Assembly: GCA_964016885.1 (NCBI GenBank)
Contig: OZ024743.1
Coordinates: 103,788,001-103,852,000 of the forward strand
Length of the DNA: 64,000 nt
Reading direction: 5' to 3'
Source of the DNA: Eledone cirrhosa
Taxonomy: Eukaryota
Part shown: one piece after another, positions 42,783 to 56,883 of the stretch
Layout of the letters: the number at the start of each line of letters is the position of its first letter
Position numbering within the stretch: the first letter of the stretch is position 1
Made by a program: the position numbers and the translations under genes
Notes under the pieces: generated by a model
Told to the model about the DNA's origin: nothing
The model's input: the letters and a program-made list of their open reading frames with translations, nothing else
Database searches by the model: none

Positions 42783-43380
42783 AAAACATTTTGAAAGTCC
42801 TGCTATGAATGAAAGGCTGGCGGCCAGCGCCGCCTAGCGGATTCCAGCAGAAGCAGCGTGGAATAATTGTCTATGCATGTTTCACTTAATGGTTTTCATC
42901 AGGACAATGCTTCCTCATGCTTACTGCTGGAATCTGAGACAGGCGAAAATATATATGTTTATTTATTAAACATATCGTATATTTTAGACATATGAAATTC
43001 ACATACATGTATGTATACAGCTATGTGGAAGGTAAATTTTACTTCTATTTTAAGTTGAGCCAACTTATACAGCTTCGTATGCAAATGAGGCTAATCAGCC
43101 CAACTACACAGACTAAAAAAACTATGTATTTTCACCTGTCTTAAATTCCAGTAGTAAGCAAGAGGTAACATTGTCTTGATGAGAACTATTAAGTTTGAAA
43201 TGCATAGACAATTATCACCCGCTGCTTCTGCTAGAATCCATTAGGTGGTGCTGGTCATCAGCCTTCCATTCATAGCTGGGCTTTCAAAATGTTTATTTAT
43301 TAAACATACCGTATATCATTTTTAGATATACGAAATTCACATACACCTATGTACACAGCTATGTCAAGGCTAAATTTTAA
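42783..43380. mobile_element. Diverged inverted pair with HHR family E (42866-42908 -, 43170-43212 +)
   Basis: attgtc (C/T)TGATGA ... GAAA (ca)tgca TA gacaat. Confidence 0.75.
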
Positions 43381-43393
43381 TTTTATATATATA

Positions 43394-43447
<54 letters not shown>

Positions 43448-44352
43448 AACGAGTAGGACCCCGACGGCTGAGCTCAAGCCGTTTCGACGGCTAATTCTGG
43501 ACTAAATTAGCCGTCGAAACAGTCCAGAATTAGCCGTCGAAACGGCTTGAGCTCAGCCGTCAGGGTCCTACTCGTTCCTATTACCCACTCTACTACCCTA
43601 CTATATATATATTAAAATAACAGATTAAAGTTTAAGCAAAGAATCGCTGCTTTCACCCTTAACGGGATCTTCTGAAATTAAAAAAATCAATCTGTGAACG
43701 TAGAAGTAAATATTTCGAAGGAAAACCGAAGGAAAACAGAAAGACGATACTTTGATTAGTGAAGACGTTCCTTGACAATGAACGGAAAAAAAACGAGGAT
43801 AATACGTAGCTATGTGAAGCGAGAAGAACAATTACACGCAAAGACAGAACCACGTTTATGGTATAAATAAAGTCGTAGACTAATATTCTTTTTAGGAAAC
43901 CGAATGATTCTCGGCTTCAGAGTTAATAATAAAGTAAATAAATTAGTAGAACGAAAATGACAGAGGTTATTAAAATCAATAATAATTTAAATATACATAC
44001 ACGCATCAATATACGTGCATACACGAAAACATCCACCATGCATGCAAATACATACATGTACACATAAACACGCGCGCACACATACATAAACCCGCGCGAC
44101 GCCTGTACCCTAACACATGCGAACGTATACACCAAATACACATATATATGATTGATTTTTTTTTAGTTTCAGAAGATCCCGTTAGGGGTGAAAGCAGCGA
44201 TTCTTTGCTTAAACTGTAATCTGTTATTTTAATAAATATTTGCTCTAGGGTTCTTATATATTTGATATATATTTATCCTTATTGAGCCCTCTTTGGATTT
44301 TAGTCTTCAAATTTATTGGGATAATTGGTGGCTTGTGCCAAAAGTAGAAACA

Positions 44353-44488
<136 letters not shown>

Positions 44489-44699
44489 AGAAATTAGTTT
44501 CATGCATAGCTGTATACAGATATGTATTGAAATATATATATATATGTATATGTATATATATATGTGATTTTTATTTATTTGTATTTATTATTACTAGCGT
44601 GGAAGAATGGTGATGATGATGATGATGATATATATATAGACAAACACTACTGGAATTTCAGAAGGAATACTGGACCAGAAATACATATAGTAATCTATT

Positions 44700-45650
44700 C
44701 GACATTACTATGGGCTCTAGTGATTCTGCCCAAATTACCGATCTTGTGGGCCTCTTTCTTCTATTTAACATAAATTCTTCTTTTCCCCACCTTTAAGGTG
44801 GTTTATATCGTGATGACTCCTCTTCTTTCCACTAACCTTAGCCTATCAGAAATTTAAAAAAAATAAAAAACTTATTAGAACTTTCCTCAAAGACTATTAT
44901 AGTCTCACTATTACATTTGAAAACACCAGTAAAATAGTTAATTTCCTAGATATAACTTTAGACTTATCTACGGGTATCTACCAACCTTACCATAAACCTA
45001 ACCAAAACTTACATTACATACACTCACAATCCAATCACCCTAGATCTATCCTTAAAAACCTAGCATATAATATCTTACTCAGAATTTCTAACCTTTCATC
45101 TAACCAGGATGTATTCGATAAAAATGCGCCCTTTTATAACGAAGCTTTAGCTAGTAGAGGCCACAAAAACAAATTAGTCTATATACCTTGCACCAATAAT
45201 ACTTCAAGCATACAACCCAATATTACCAACAAACACCAAATGAAAAACAGACACCTAAATGCCACTCACACTACACCCAAAAATACCAACCTAAAACTTA
45301 ATTTATCTACCTCTTCTCACATAAAATATAATAACTTTCAAAAAACCTTTCATCCTAATACTCCAATATACCGTTAATAACATTACTAACAAAATTCCTA
45401 ATAATCAAACTAAAACACCTAAATCAGTTAATCTAACTAAACATATGTATAATAAATTCACTAATACTAACTCTCTTAGTAAACATCGTGATACTTCGTA
45501 TAAATATAAAAAAACAACATCGAAACCGTAATAGACGAGTTACTTGGTATAATGCTCCATTTAATCTACAAATTAAAGATAATATCCCTAAAAAAGTGTT
45601 TACTATCCTAGAGAAAAACTTCCCGCCAAACCATAAATACCATCAAATTT

Positions 45651-45655
<5 letters not shown>
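44700..45655 (+). pseudogene. PLE reverse transcriptase fragment
   Basis: GGLYRDD, VNFLDITLDL, YHKPNQ..YIHSQSNHP, RRVTWYNAPFN. Confidence 0.85.
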
Positions 45656-45694
<39 letters not shown>

Positions 45695-46611
45695 ATTAGG
45701 CCCAATAAGTAGTAGAGTTTAGGAAATGCCAACCCAAATCAATTTACCGAAAATACTTGTGTTATCTATAATTATAATCTACAATGTGTCAAATACTGTA
45801 CAGGTACGAAATAAATCGATAACAATAATTCGGTTTTGTGACTGGCAAATTAGCAGTTCACATCAAGTGTTTAATTTGTTTTCAAGGACTTAAATAGCAG
45901 GTAATAATTCCGAAAGTGTTCATTCTAATCATGTTCTAATTGGAGAACAGATTTTGAAAGATGTTACTTTTTTTTAATATTTGAAATATGAAACAAATTA
46001 AAGAAATTATTTCATGTATTACCATCATCATCATCATCATCATCATCATATTCTTCATCATAATCACCATCATCATCACCATCGTCGCCATCATCAACAA
46101 CAACATTCTAGTTGAAGGATATACGTTTTGTATATATTTTCTCGAATTCTGAAGTAGAAATAAGGGCCCTATCCTGAAAAACACTCCAAACGCTGCCCGA
46201 ATTGATTGCACAAAACCAACGCCACGTATAGAGCCTACAAACCAGCTCTGTTTCCAGAACAGTGAAATGGATACACTATATAACTCAAACTAGTATCCAC
46301 CCTTCTCCCCCTCCAGAATTTCCGATGCACAAACTTTTGCACCCATTTACGACGGCTCCGAGGTGTATGACTCTCCAAGCCGTCTCGGATCTGGGGGCAC
46401 GGACTCGTTGTGTTATTTCGAAAAGGCCTGGCTCTCGCGGTACGGACTATCTTCCTGGATTCAGAAGATAAATTGGTGGTGCTGGACGTGACAAGCAGCG
46501 AAGACTAAGCTTTTAGGCTATTGGTTGCCTATGCCATCGAAATATGTATATTGCTTTCGCGTAACTAAAATTCTAAAGCAAATTTTCTAAACCTTGTGTT
46601 ATTGTTTTAAT

Positions 46612-46760
46612 GAGTGGCTGAGTGGTTAAAGAATTGGATTCGCAATCGTGAGATTGTGAGTTCGATTCCCGGACCGGCTGATGCGTTATGTCCTTGATCA
46701 AGTCACTTTATTTCACGTTTCTCCTTCTACCTGGTTTTGCGACTGATAGATAGTATTAGC
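46612..46760 (+). mobile_element. Second tRNA-derived SINE family with CORE-like segment (copies 47447-47600, 60815-60925)
   Basis: GTGGCTGAGTGG A box, GAGTTCGATTCC B box, TCCTTGAGCAAGACACTT-like segment. Confidence 0.75.
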
Positions 46761-46825
46761 AATTGGAAAGACCAATGGAAACTTTGTTTCCTCGGTCCGA
46801 TATGACGAAAGTCGATCGACTATCG

Positions 46826-46859
<34 letters not shown>

Positions 46860-47360
46860 TGGTGGGGGGGAACAACCCCAGTACTAGACTGGCGTTATCA
46901 ACCTCGAAAGGATGAAAGGCAAAGCTGACAGCGGAAGGATTTGAATTCAGAACACATTAAGCCAGAACAAATACCGAAATATCAAAATATTACCAAAATA
47001 CAATTATTTCTACTTTTGGCACAAGGCCAGCAATTATCCCCGTAAGGATGAAAGACAAAGTTAACCTTGGCGGGATTTCAACTCAGTTCATAAAGAGCCG
47101 TAACTCTATGCTGCAAAGCATGGCGTCCGACCTTCTACTGATACTGCCAAATGCCCCCAAAACTGTGTCAATATACCACCTTGGTATATGAGTTAACATA
47201 AGGGAAATACCTGTTGTAATTTGAATACATTTCTGTTCTATTTCTTCTTTATATAAACATATTTTCCTTTTCCTTGTTATTTTCAGATTGATTCATATGA
47301 GCGAAATATCAAGAACAAAGCTTCTTATTGGAAAAATTCGAATTAGTTGAAGAAACTAGT

Positions 47361-47407
<47 letters not shown>

Positions 47408-48282
47408 CACACACACACATAGATATATATATATATATATAGTGAAGGCGCGTGGCTGAGTGGTAAAAGAATTGGATTCGCAATTGTGAGTTCGATTCCT
47501 AGACCAGGTGTCATCTCCTTGAGCAAGATATTTTACTTCTCGTTGCTCTTTCTACCTGGAGTTGAGACCGATAGGGAGTATTAACAATTGAAAATACCAA
47601 CGGAAACATTGTTTGCTCGGTCCGATTTGACGAAATATATATAGTATTTTAGTTACGATATATATATAGTATTTTAGTTACGATATATATATAGTATTTT
47701 AGTTTTTAGTTTTTGCTTTAACTGCATTGCTTCCCTTTATATATATATTGTTCACAAATCTTCTTGAATTTTGACTGTGTAATAATCGGTTGTGATACTG
47801 AAGCAACAATAAATGAGCTAAGAACTTTATTTCATCCTCTTTGGTTGGATGTGCTCTGTGTTTACGTCTATCTTTATCTTTTACCTTGAGAATATCTCTC
47901 ATATCTTCCACCGATAACTATATAAATACATTCAGCTTTGTATAAAATTATTTAGCAATCATATACTCTCCTATATAGCTCCCAACAAGCAAATATAGTT
48001 ATATTTTTACTTTTGCTATATATATGTAAATATATAGCTCAAGATAAAAAAGACAAATACAGAGAAACAATTACACAAACTCTTAATATTTTCACGCTTG
48101 TGAGAAAAAGAAAAGGAATGTTTCAGCATATCGGACTTTAGTCTTTCATCGGGAAAGAGTAAAGTTATATGAAAGAAGAGTTTCTAAGTTTGAAAAAATA
48201 ACATATATTCACTGTACTGGAAGGTACAAAATACAGCAACGCAAGTTTATTCAAAACAAAAACATCTTGTTTCCTTAATTGT

Positions 48283-49192
48283 ATGATTGAACCGCAACAT
48301 ATTAGAAAAAACGAAACATTTATCACTATGGAGAATGACTTCAAACAATTAATAGCGAAATTAAATGATACAGTTTTGATAAATAAACTGTTACAACGGT
48401 TTCATACTCCTTGGGAGGATTCTATACAGCCTATTCACAATCAGATACGACTTGGGCCAAAACGAGAAGAACTAGCTAAAGTTATTACAATGACCATTGT
48501 CTATGGTATAATATTCTTCACTGGAATTATAGGAAATGTATGTACCTGTATTGTTATTGCCAAAGCAAAATATATGAGAACAACAACAAACATATACCTG
48601 TTCAATTTGGCAGTTGCTGATCTTCTAGTTCTTATTCTAGGCCTTCCTTTTGAGATCTATACTTTTTGGTCAGCTTATCCTTGGATTTTCGGGGAGGCAT
48701 TTTGCTATCTCAGAAATATGGCATCGGAAACAACGACGTGCGCATCTGTTCTAACAATAACGGCATTCACAATCGAAAGATACATGGCATTTTGTCATCC
48801 GACAAAAGCACCGTCTATATCAAACTTAACACGTGTTACTAAAATACTCGTTTTGATCTGGTTTTTATCTAGTTTACTCGCACTGCCGCTTACAGTTCAA
48901 TTTGGCATCGTTTACGTAAAAGACGAGAAAAATAAGTCTATAAAAGAGTCAGCTCAATGCACGCTGAAAGAAATTGATCACTCGAGTCCTCTTTTTGGTA
49001 TTTCAGCATTTTTGTTCTTCATTCTTCCAATGACAATCATTAGTGTCATGTATGTTTGTATTGCTTTGGCTATCAGAAGATCAACACTGCAGAAATCTCT
49101 ATCAGATCGTTCTGATGACAGAAAGAGTTATCCGAATTGCTTTCCAGGAGACAAACAAAGTCAGGCAAGAAAGGCTGTTGTCAAAATGCTTG
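48283..49192 (+). CDS. Exon 1 of a PRXamide/pyrokinin/neuromedin-U-type neuropeptide GPCR (TM1-5)
   Basis: GIIGN, NLAVADLL, YPWIFGEAFC, TITAFTIERY; donor G|GTAAGT at 49193 (phase 1). Confidence 0.93.
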
Positions 49193-49254
49193 GTAAGTCT
49201 ACTAACTTCATTTTGTTTCTATTTCAGAAGAATGTAAATATTGATTTCTACCAT

Positions 49255-51560
49255 AGGTTCAGGTATACACATGGGGAGGGATGGACGGCGGCGACGAGGG
49301 CCCACACCAGATATCCTTGCAACGCTACTTCATAAACACCCGGGCCCCAACCGACTTCAGGGACATCCAAGCCCCGACCAGTAATCTTTCCTATCCCGTG
49401 TCTAATGAGGACATAATAGCTGCCCTGAGATCCTTCCCACGGAGCAGTAGTTGTGGAGCGGATGGCCTGCGATCCAGCCACCTCGGAGACCTTATCTCAC
49501 CACACGCTGCTGACGTAAAAGTACACCTGCTCCAGCCAATCACAGTTCTCACCAACTGTCTTCTCCACGCCATCCTGTCCTTCCATGAATGTGATCTTTT
49601 TTCTCAGCCAGCCTAACCACTCTGAGGAAGAATGGCGGAAGCGTCCTTCCCATCGCTGTGAGCAACATCTTCCAGCGACTTGCAGCCAAGATAGCTTGCA
49701 AGTCAAAGATGACCTGAGTAAGGCGCTAAGCTCTGTTCAGATCGGAGTGTGAGTTAAGTGTGACTATGAGGTGACAGCACATGCGGCCTGACACTTTATA
49801 GAGCACACGCCTTCTTTGTCACCCCACCTCCTAGGGAAGCTTGACATGAGAAACGTCTAAGAGATGTCTTAGATGAGCCTCCCACAATATTCCCACAATA
49901 TTCATGGCTACTGGCAACAAAGTCACTTCCACTATGGATATCCAGCAAGGAGACCCACTCGGCCCGCTCTTCTTTGCGCTGGCAGTCGACATTGTTGCCC
50001 GCTCTGCCCGGTCACCCTTCAATGTCTGGTACCTGTACAAAACGATCCTGCGTGAATCGGCTGAGTCGGTAGTTGAGGACCTTCGACTAATCATCCAAGC
50101 TCTACTCAGACTTGAGATCAACCCAAACAAGCCCGAGGTGATAAACGTTAGCTGTAGTGAGGCTGAGTTCTACGACGCCGTACTCAACATTCATCTCGTC
50201 TTCTCCGGGGTTCAGCTCATGCCCAATGACGCCTCGTGTACTCTCGGCTCTTTAATTCTCTCGAAATCCATAGGAGAGTGCCTGGAGACCAAGCAAGCTG
50301 ACCTGCCTGGGATGAGGGAGAGGTTGCGACTCATTGACGTGCATTGGCGCTGTTCCTCCGGGGATACTGTTCAGCCGTTCCTAAATTCTTGTTCACGGAG
50401 CGAGGAGGAGGGGCGCCTTGTCACCCTCTCACAGATCGCCTCGGTGAACTCGATGTCAACATCCGACGCTGTGCGAAACTCATTTGCTATGTTAATTTCA
50501 ATAGCGCCAGCTGGCAACATGTGAAGCTCCTGAGAGCTTCAGTGGCCTCGGCCTCCGATCTACATCGGACCTGGCACTGCCAGCCTATATCTCCTCAATC
50601 TCCTTAAGTTGCATCCTCATCAGCGAGGTCCTCAGCAAGAGGACAAAACCTAACATTGCTCAAGAACTGGGGCAGGCTCTCGCCGCCTGGACCGGCGAAG
50701 GCCTCTCCCTCCCGCAGTATACAAATGCCCAACGTAACTGGGACATCAAGTGCAGGGGGGGGGCGTAGAGTCTGGCTTGGACCAACACCACTCCGCCTGC
50801 CTCCGTTCCGCTTCGCAGCCAAACTGGCGCGTGGCTCAATTCAGTGTCCTCCTCATCAACCGGTACCCTTCTTGATGACGAGTGAACTCGCATTGAAGTG
50901 GCCCAACGCCCTGGCCTCAGCGTGTGTGAGCCACACTAATGCCGTTATGGAGCTATCATCGACGAGTTCGGCCTGCACCGGCTATCACGCTGCTAGAGCG
51001 TAGGCCGATTCCCCTGACATGCCACTCTCAACGACATAATGAGAAGGAACCTAGACGCAGCCAGCTTCCCGCCACAACTAGAATCAGCAAGAATTGACCG
51101 TGGAGATGGCAAGCACCCCGACAGAATTACACTCTTCCCATTCGAAGAAAGTAAACCCTTCATTTGGGACACGTCCTCCGCCTCCAACTTTGTTGCGTTG
51201 ACCACAAACCCTGGTACCGCGTCCCGCAATGCAAAAGACAGCAAGACAAGCAAACACCCAAGCTTGTCCGATCGCTTCCTCTTTGTACCAGTCACCTTCG
51301 AGATCTCAGGCGTCATCGAACCTCGTCCAATAAGGAATTACAGCAGCCCGTCTAAGGAAGGAGTCCCGTGAGGTGGGTGTCCGCGCAAATGACTGCCAAA
51401 TTGTCAGGGAGGCGCAGCCGAAACACTGCTCTAACTTAGATGTAGAGTCTGCCACCTTCTCCCCTTCCTCCTTTATTTCTTTCATTGCTTAATAATCCTT
51501 GCTCTTCTCCCTTATTTATAGCATTTATAGTCCTTGCCATTACTACTTTTTTTTTTCTAT
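49255..51560 (+). mobile_element. CRE-like non-LTR retrotransposon relic in the GPCR intron
   Basis: RSFPRSSSCGADGLR, QQGDPLGPLFFAL, RHATLNDI, DGKHPDRITLFPF..KPFIWD. Confidence 0.85.
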
Positions 51561-52684
51561 ATGTTTGACTAAATATTAAATTCTTAAATTATTTTTATGT
51601 AATTTTATCCTAGGAATAATTGAGTATTTTGAACTAAAATAATTTTCTAAATGAAATTAAGGAACAATAATGTTGAAATGAATTGTATATTCTTGCAGAA
51701 TAATAATGTCATTTTCTTTTTATTTATGTTTCTTTCCCTCCTCCATTTTTCTTTTTTTTTTTCTCTCTCTTCTTGTTTGTTATTTTTTAATACTTTCATT
51801 ATTGCATATGTCTTTAAATGAAGTTTTAATAAATTTCATTCACTGTACTCAACGTTCCTAAGAATATTTCCGAACTAGATTGATTATGTAATAAATTTCG
51901 ATTATATAAAACTATTCCATATCAGATCAGGTCACCCTGTGCCTCGTCTCCCGTTACTTATTCCACATTGCCCGTCTCCGGAGATCGTCACTCGTCCCCA
52001 AAGTAGTATTCAAGGGAGCTGTATGTTGGAGTGATATCAATGGTGTGTTATGTACTTTATCGTGAACGTCTTCATGTAAACATTGGGTGACCTCTGTGAG
52101 GACAACTCTCTGCCTTATAGCGAAAACAGTGCCCCTGCTGGCGGCTTGGGTGAAAGGAATAGTAAGGTCACGTTTAGGGAATGACAATCAATAGTGTTAT
52201 GTATGTTATTTTTCAACTGATTTATGACAATTTTGCATCGCTGAATCCGAAAATGGCATCCGTTTCTCTTGATAAAGTCAGGTTTTTGTGGTAAGTCGAT
52301 TTAAAAAAACCCGATCTTCTGACTAAATCGATTACCTTTTTGTGACACTTTCGGTTGATTTTTGTTAATATTTCTCATCCGAAATGGGTCTTCAAGAAAA
52401 GAAAAATCGTTTTCTAACAAAATTCATTAATTAAATGTTACAAAAATTGATTAGTGTACATTGAATAGTAGAGATGTAAATTGAATGTTATGTCATCATT
52501 GTTCAAAATTCAGGGCTTGAACTTCCGTTACTTCGAACTCCTAGAATGCTCAGCAGCAGAGATGTCTATCTTGAGAGTCCAACAGTAATCAGCCATCATT
52601 ACTGCATCCCAGCGTCCCTGATACCTGGTCTCCATCTCTTTCATGTTCTGACATCGAATTCGCAGTTATCTCCTTTTAACTCTC

Positions 52685-53172
52685 TCTGGACATTTGATGA
52701 GGAGGAAGAATTGGCAAACATTTCGTGTGAAAAATGAATCACAAGAGCGTACCGCTGAACTCTTTTGGGATATACAACCAGAAAGAATATCCATATGATT
52801 CTTCAAAATCTTTATCCATTCTTCTACAGTTCTCCACGACATATTGCTGTAAACAAGGATTTTCAGTTCTGACAAATATCAAAAATCAAAAAGGGAAAGG
52901 CTTCTTTGTGTTGATGAGGAGATGAGAGTTTGTTTATCTCAAATTAGGCCTGATATAAAGGAGATTACTCGTCAAAAACAAGCTGGTACCTTTCATTGAA
53001 TTTGTGTACTTTAATCATATTATAAGTTATGTTATATATTATATTTAACGTACTATTAATCGTTGTTTTTCTTATTTCTAATTGTTCTTTTTACCACACA
53101 AAATTTGGTGAGGCGCGAGCAAATTTTCATTCCGAAAATGCAGCCCAGAGAAAAAAAGTTTGGGAACCACTG
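52685..53172 (+). mobile_element. hAT 3' fragment in the GPCR intron
   Basis: FSTTYCCKQGFSVL..DEEMRVCLS dimerisation domain; TIR GTTTGGGAACCACTG. Confidence 0.85.
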
Positions 53173-53623
53173 TTCTAACGATAGTAATAATTTGCCACCT
53201 GCACATTATTATGACAGAGATGTATTTTTATATATAGCCCTGTGTCGTTTTAATCCATCATTTGACTGGTAGACTTTATAAACATGCATGTATATGTTTA
53301 CATCAAGAGGTAGAAGTGTATTCTGGTATATATCACTAAGTCGTTTTATCTACCAATAGATATGCAGACCTTCTTATATGTTATATAATTCGAAGACTCC
53401 TATTGGCTTATTCTTTTCATTTCGGGGTTTAATTTTATGTGAATTTCTTCAAATCGATTTTAATGGATTATGAATATCAAATGGAGTATTTTGTTTATTT
53501 AGCGGGAATATAAACATTTGGAACCATATGATTTTCTTTATTCTTTTTTATCCGTAATCTGTGATAAAATGTTTGGTCCAAATTAGTCATTTAATATTTA
53601 GAATATTTTTTATTCTATTTCAG

Positions 53624-54072
53624 TTGCTGTTGTGGTAGCCTTCTTCATTTGTTGGGCTCCATTTCATATTCAACGACTCATGGTGTTTTATGTAAAGGAA
53701 TGGACAAAAAACCTCCGCCAGGTAGAGAAAATAATATTCTATATATCAGGTATTCTCTACTACTTCAGTGCGACAATCAATCCTATACTCTACAACATAA
53801 TGTCTGTGAAATATAGACAGGCATTCAAAATGATATTATTGAGCTTGTGTACTAAGAATACTCATAGGAATCATACGGTTATGTTATATAGATATACATT
53901 TAAAGATCGGAAACATCTTGATATCGTCGACAAAGCCAATGACTGCTTCGTTCCTCCACGTGAATGCAGACCCCTATGTATATGCCCACTTCCATCCAGT
54001 GGAAATTCTAACTCAGGATATTATAAAGACAATATGGTACCTCTTCCACCAATAAATGATAAACAAAACTGA
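53624..54072 (+). CDS. Exon 2 of the same GPCR (TM6-7 and C-tail); spliced product 452 aa
   Basis: Acceptor tattctatttcAG; in-frame join KMLVAVVVAFFICWAPFHIQRL; NPILYN; TGA ends at 54072. Confidence 0.93.
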
Positions 54073-54098
54073 TAAAGTATATATACATATATATATAC

Positions 54099-54135
<37 letters not shown>

Positions 54136-54174
54136 GAAAAGGTGTATTCAAAGGATCTCTTTTTTCCTCTTTTT

Positions 54175-54248
<74 letters not shown>

Positions 54249-55247
54249 GAAAGTAAAAAACAACAACACAGGAGTACAAGTTACGAGAGATATTAAGTTC
54301 ACGCTTATTGAGAGTGGGGGTGTGTGGGTGCGACGTTTCGGGATAAGCCCTCCATTATATATATATAATTGTTTCTACTTTTGGCACAAGGCCAGCAATT
54401 AACCAGTACATTACTGGTACTTTATTCTATCGACCCCGTAAGGATGAAAGGCAAAGTAAACCTCGACGGGATTTGAACTCAAGCCGTAAAGGGACGTAAC
54501 TATGCTAGAAAGCATGGCGTCCAACCCTCTACTGATACTGCCAATTCACCGCCCTACCCCCTATATATAATGTTTTGTAAACATGTGCCAACCTCAGGAA
54601 ATGATCATCGCTTCACATTTATTTTTGCTATTGTTTTACCTATTGTTATGGTGGTTATGGTAACGAGTAAAAAACTGTGTTTATGGTGACTATTTTGTCA
54701 AGCTTTTGAGCGACGATCACAAATTTCTCTATTTAAATATCAAATTTTACATGCATCTTTCATAATTGAAAATTCATTAAAAAAAGATTAAATTATTGCA
54801 AATAACGTACCGATATCATATTTAATTCCTTGATTCTTGTTCGCTCTTTTTCATATCCATACCACTCAAACAATTCTACCTCATGCATTCCACCCTCTCT
54901 ACTTATACCCAATGTCGATATATGTATGTATGCACGCATGTATGTATGTATGCACGCATGCATGTATGTATGTATTTATGTATGTATGTATGCAAGTATG
55001 TATGTATATACAGTGACGGACTGGGTCTAAAAATATTGGTTGCCAGGAGATGAAGGGGGCCCACCTACATATAGAATGCTATCATTTAATTTTTATAATG
55101 AATAAATAACATTTTCAAAAAATACATAAGTGGAAACAAAACAGTGCAATCAAATTTTTGCGGGAAAATGTCTTACCTTCTCCAATAAAAAATATGTATT
55201 TTGTGAAATCCAGAGACTTTCAATAATGACCTTTGGTCTTTCACACT

Positions 55248-55340
<93 letters not shown>

Positions 55341-56590
55341 GTAATAATAATAAATTTGAAGACTAAAATCCAAAGAGGGCTCGATAAGGATAAATATATA
55401 TCAAATATATAAGAACCGTAGAGCATACACTGGGAGATCCTAGCTAGGGCTAGATCGTATAACGGAAATAAAAGACCATGTGACCTCTGCGCCGCTGAGG
55501 CTCTGGAAATACTCTACGCCACAGACCACATCTAAAACAAAAAATCTGAGGCAATTTCGGCTTGTAAACATAAATTGCACAAAACTTTCCTGTATTACAG
55601 CCCCACGTTATACCCTAACAGATAGTACGATCTATACGTGGATATTTTACGTCTTGATATGGGAGCTAAGAATATGTTTTGTTTATACCATTACTTATTT
55701 TATATTTGATTGTTTATGTTATGGCTTATAATTTTATATATTCTGGTACATATGGTTTGGCTATGTGTATACGGGAGTTTTGCGTCTGTGTGAGTTTGCT
55801 GGTTCGTACGTTTGTGGGTGTGTGTATATGTGTACTTCATGTTTTGGTTGACTTACGTCTCCGAACATCCGTGTATTTACATGTAGGTATGTGTGTGCGC
55901 TTGTTATATACGTATTTATTTATTTATATACGTTTATATAATTATTTATTTATTTGTATACACACATACACACACACATATTTATATGTGCATCGTTTTG
56001 TATACCTATGGTAAGTGCTTTGCGTATGCTTGTGTATGTACGTATTTGTTTGCGTGTATGTATTTATTTATTTCTATTACTTCTGTATTGTATTTATTTA
56101 CTTTGTTCTTAACTCTGTAGCGGAGATTCATTCGGTCTCCTTGTTAGAATTTTAGTCTACAACTTCTGCTATACCATTTACGTGGTTTTGTCTTTGCGTG
56201 CTATTGTTCTCGACGCTCCACATATGACGTATTATCCTCGTTTTTTTCGTTCATTGCTAGAGAACGTCTCTATGAACCACCTGAGAGAACATTAGTCTAC
56301 GACCTCTCTTATACCATAAACGTGGTTCTGTCTTTGCGCGTAATTGTTTTTCACCGCTCCTATTAATGACGTATTATATTCGTTTTTTCCCGTTCTTTGC
56401 CAGCGAACGTTTCCACGAACCAAAGTATCGCCTTCCTGTCTTCCTCTGGTTGCAACGTTTTTTGAAATATCCACTTCTGCGTTTACAGATTGACTTTGTT
56501 AGTTTCAGAAGATCCCGTTAAGGGTGAAAGCAGCGATTCTTTGCTTAAACTTTAATGTTATTTTAATAAATATATATATATATATATATA

Positions 56591-56883
56591 TACGATATTA
56601 AATAAATGGAAACTATATTTATAAAACCATATTTATTTCACTATATATATTTCAGGGATATCGTATTAAAAATATGGTATGCCTTCATCAGACAAAATAC
56701 AATATAAACTTTTTAAATGGAAGTTGAAGTGTAAGGTATGTCAAATCTATCTATTTATAAGACTGTTTATATTGTATTTTGTCTGATGAAGGCATACCAT
56801 ATTTTTAATATGATATCCCTGAAATATATATAGTGAAATAAATATGGTTTTATAAATATAGTTTCCATTTATTTAATATCGTA
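56591..56883. mobile_element. Hairpin element with family A HHR in both arms (56634-56699 -, 56775-56840 +)
   Basis: About 118-bp arms, about 56-bp spacer; homologous to the pLTR at 5600-5712. Confidence 0.85.

Noticed and set aside
46612-46680. tRNA gene
   Set aside because: No intact cloverleaf; it continues into a SINE body and recurs as a repeat
49193-49335. C-terminal 47 aa of the 350-aa ORF as the main protein end
   Set aside because: A canonical donor at 49193 and an in-frame exon 2 supply TM6-7
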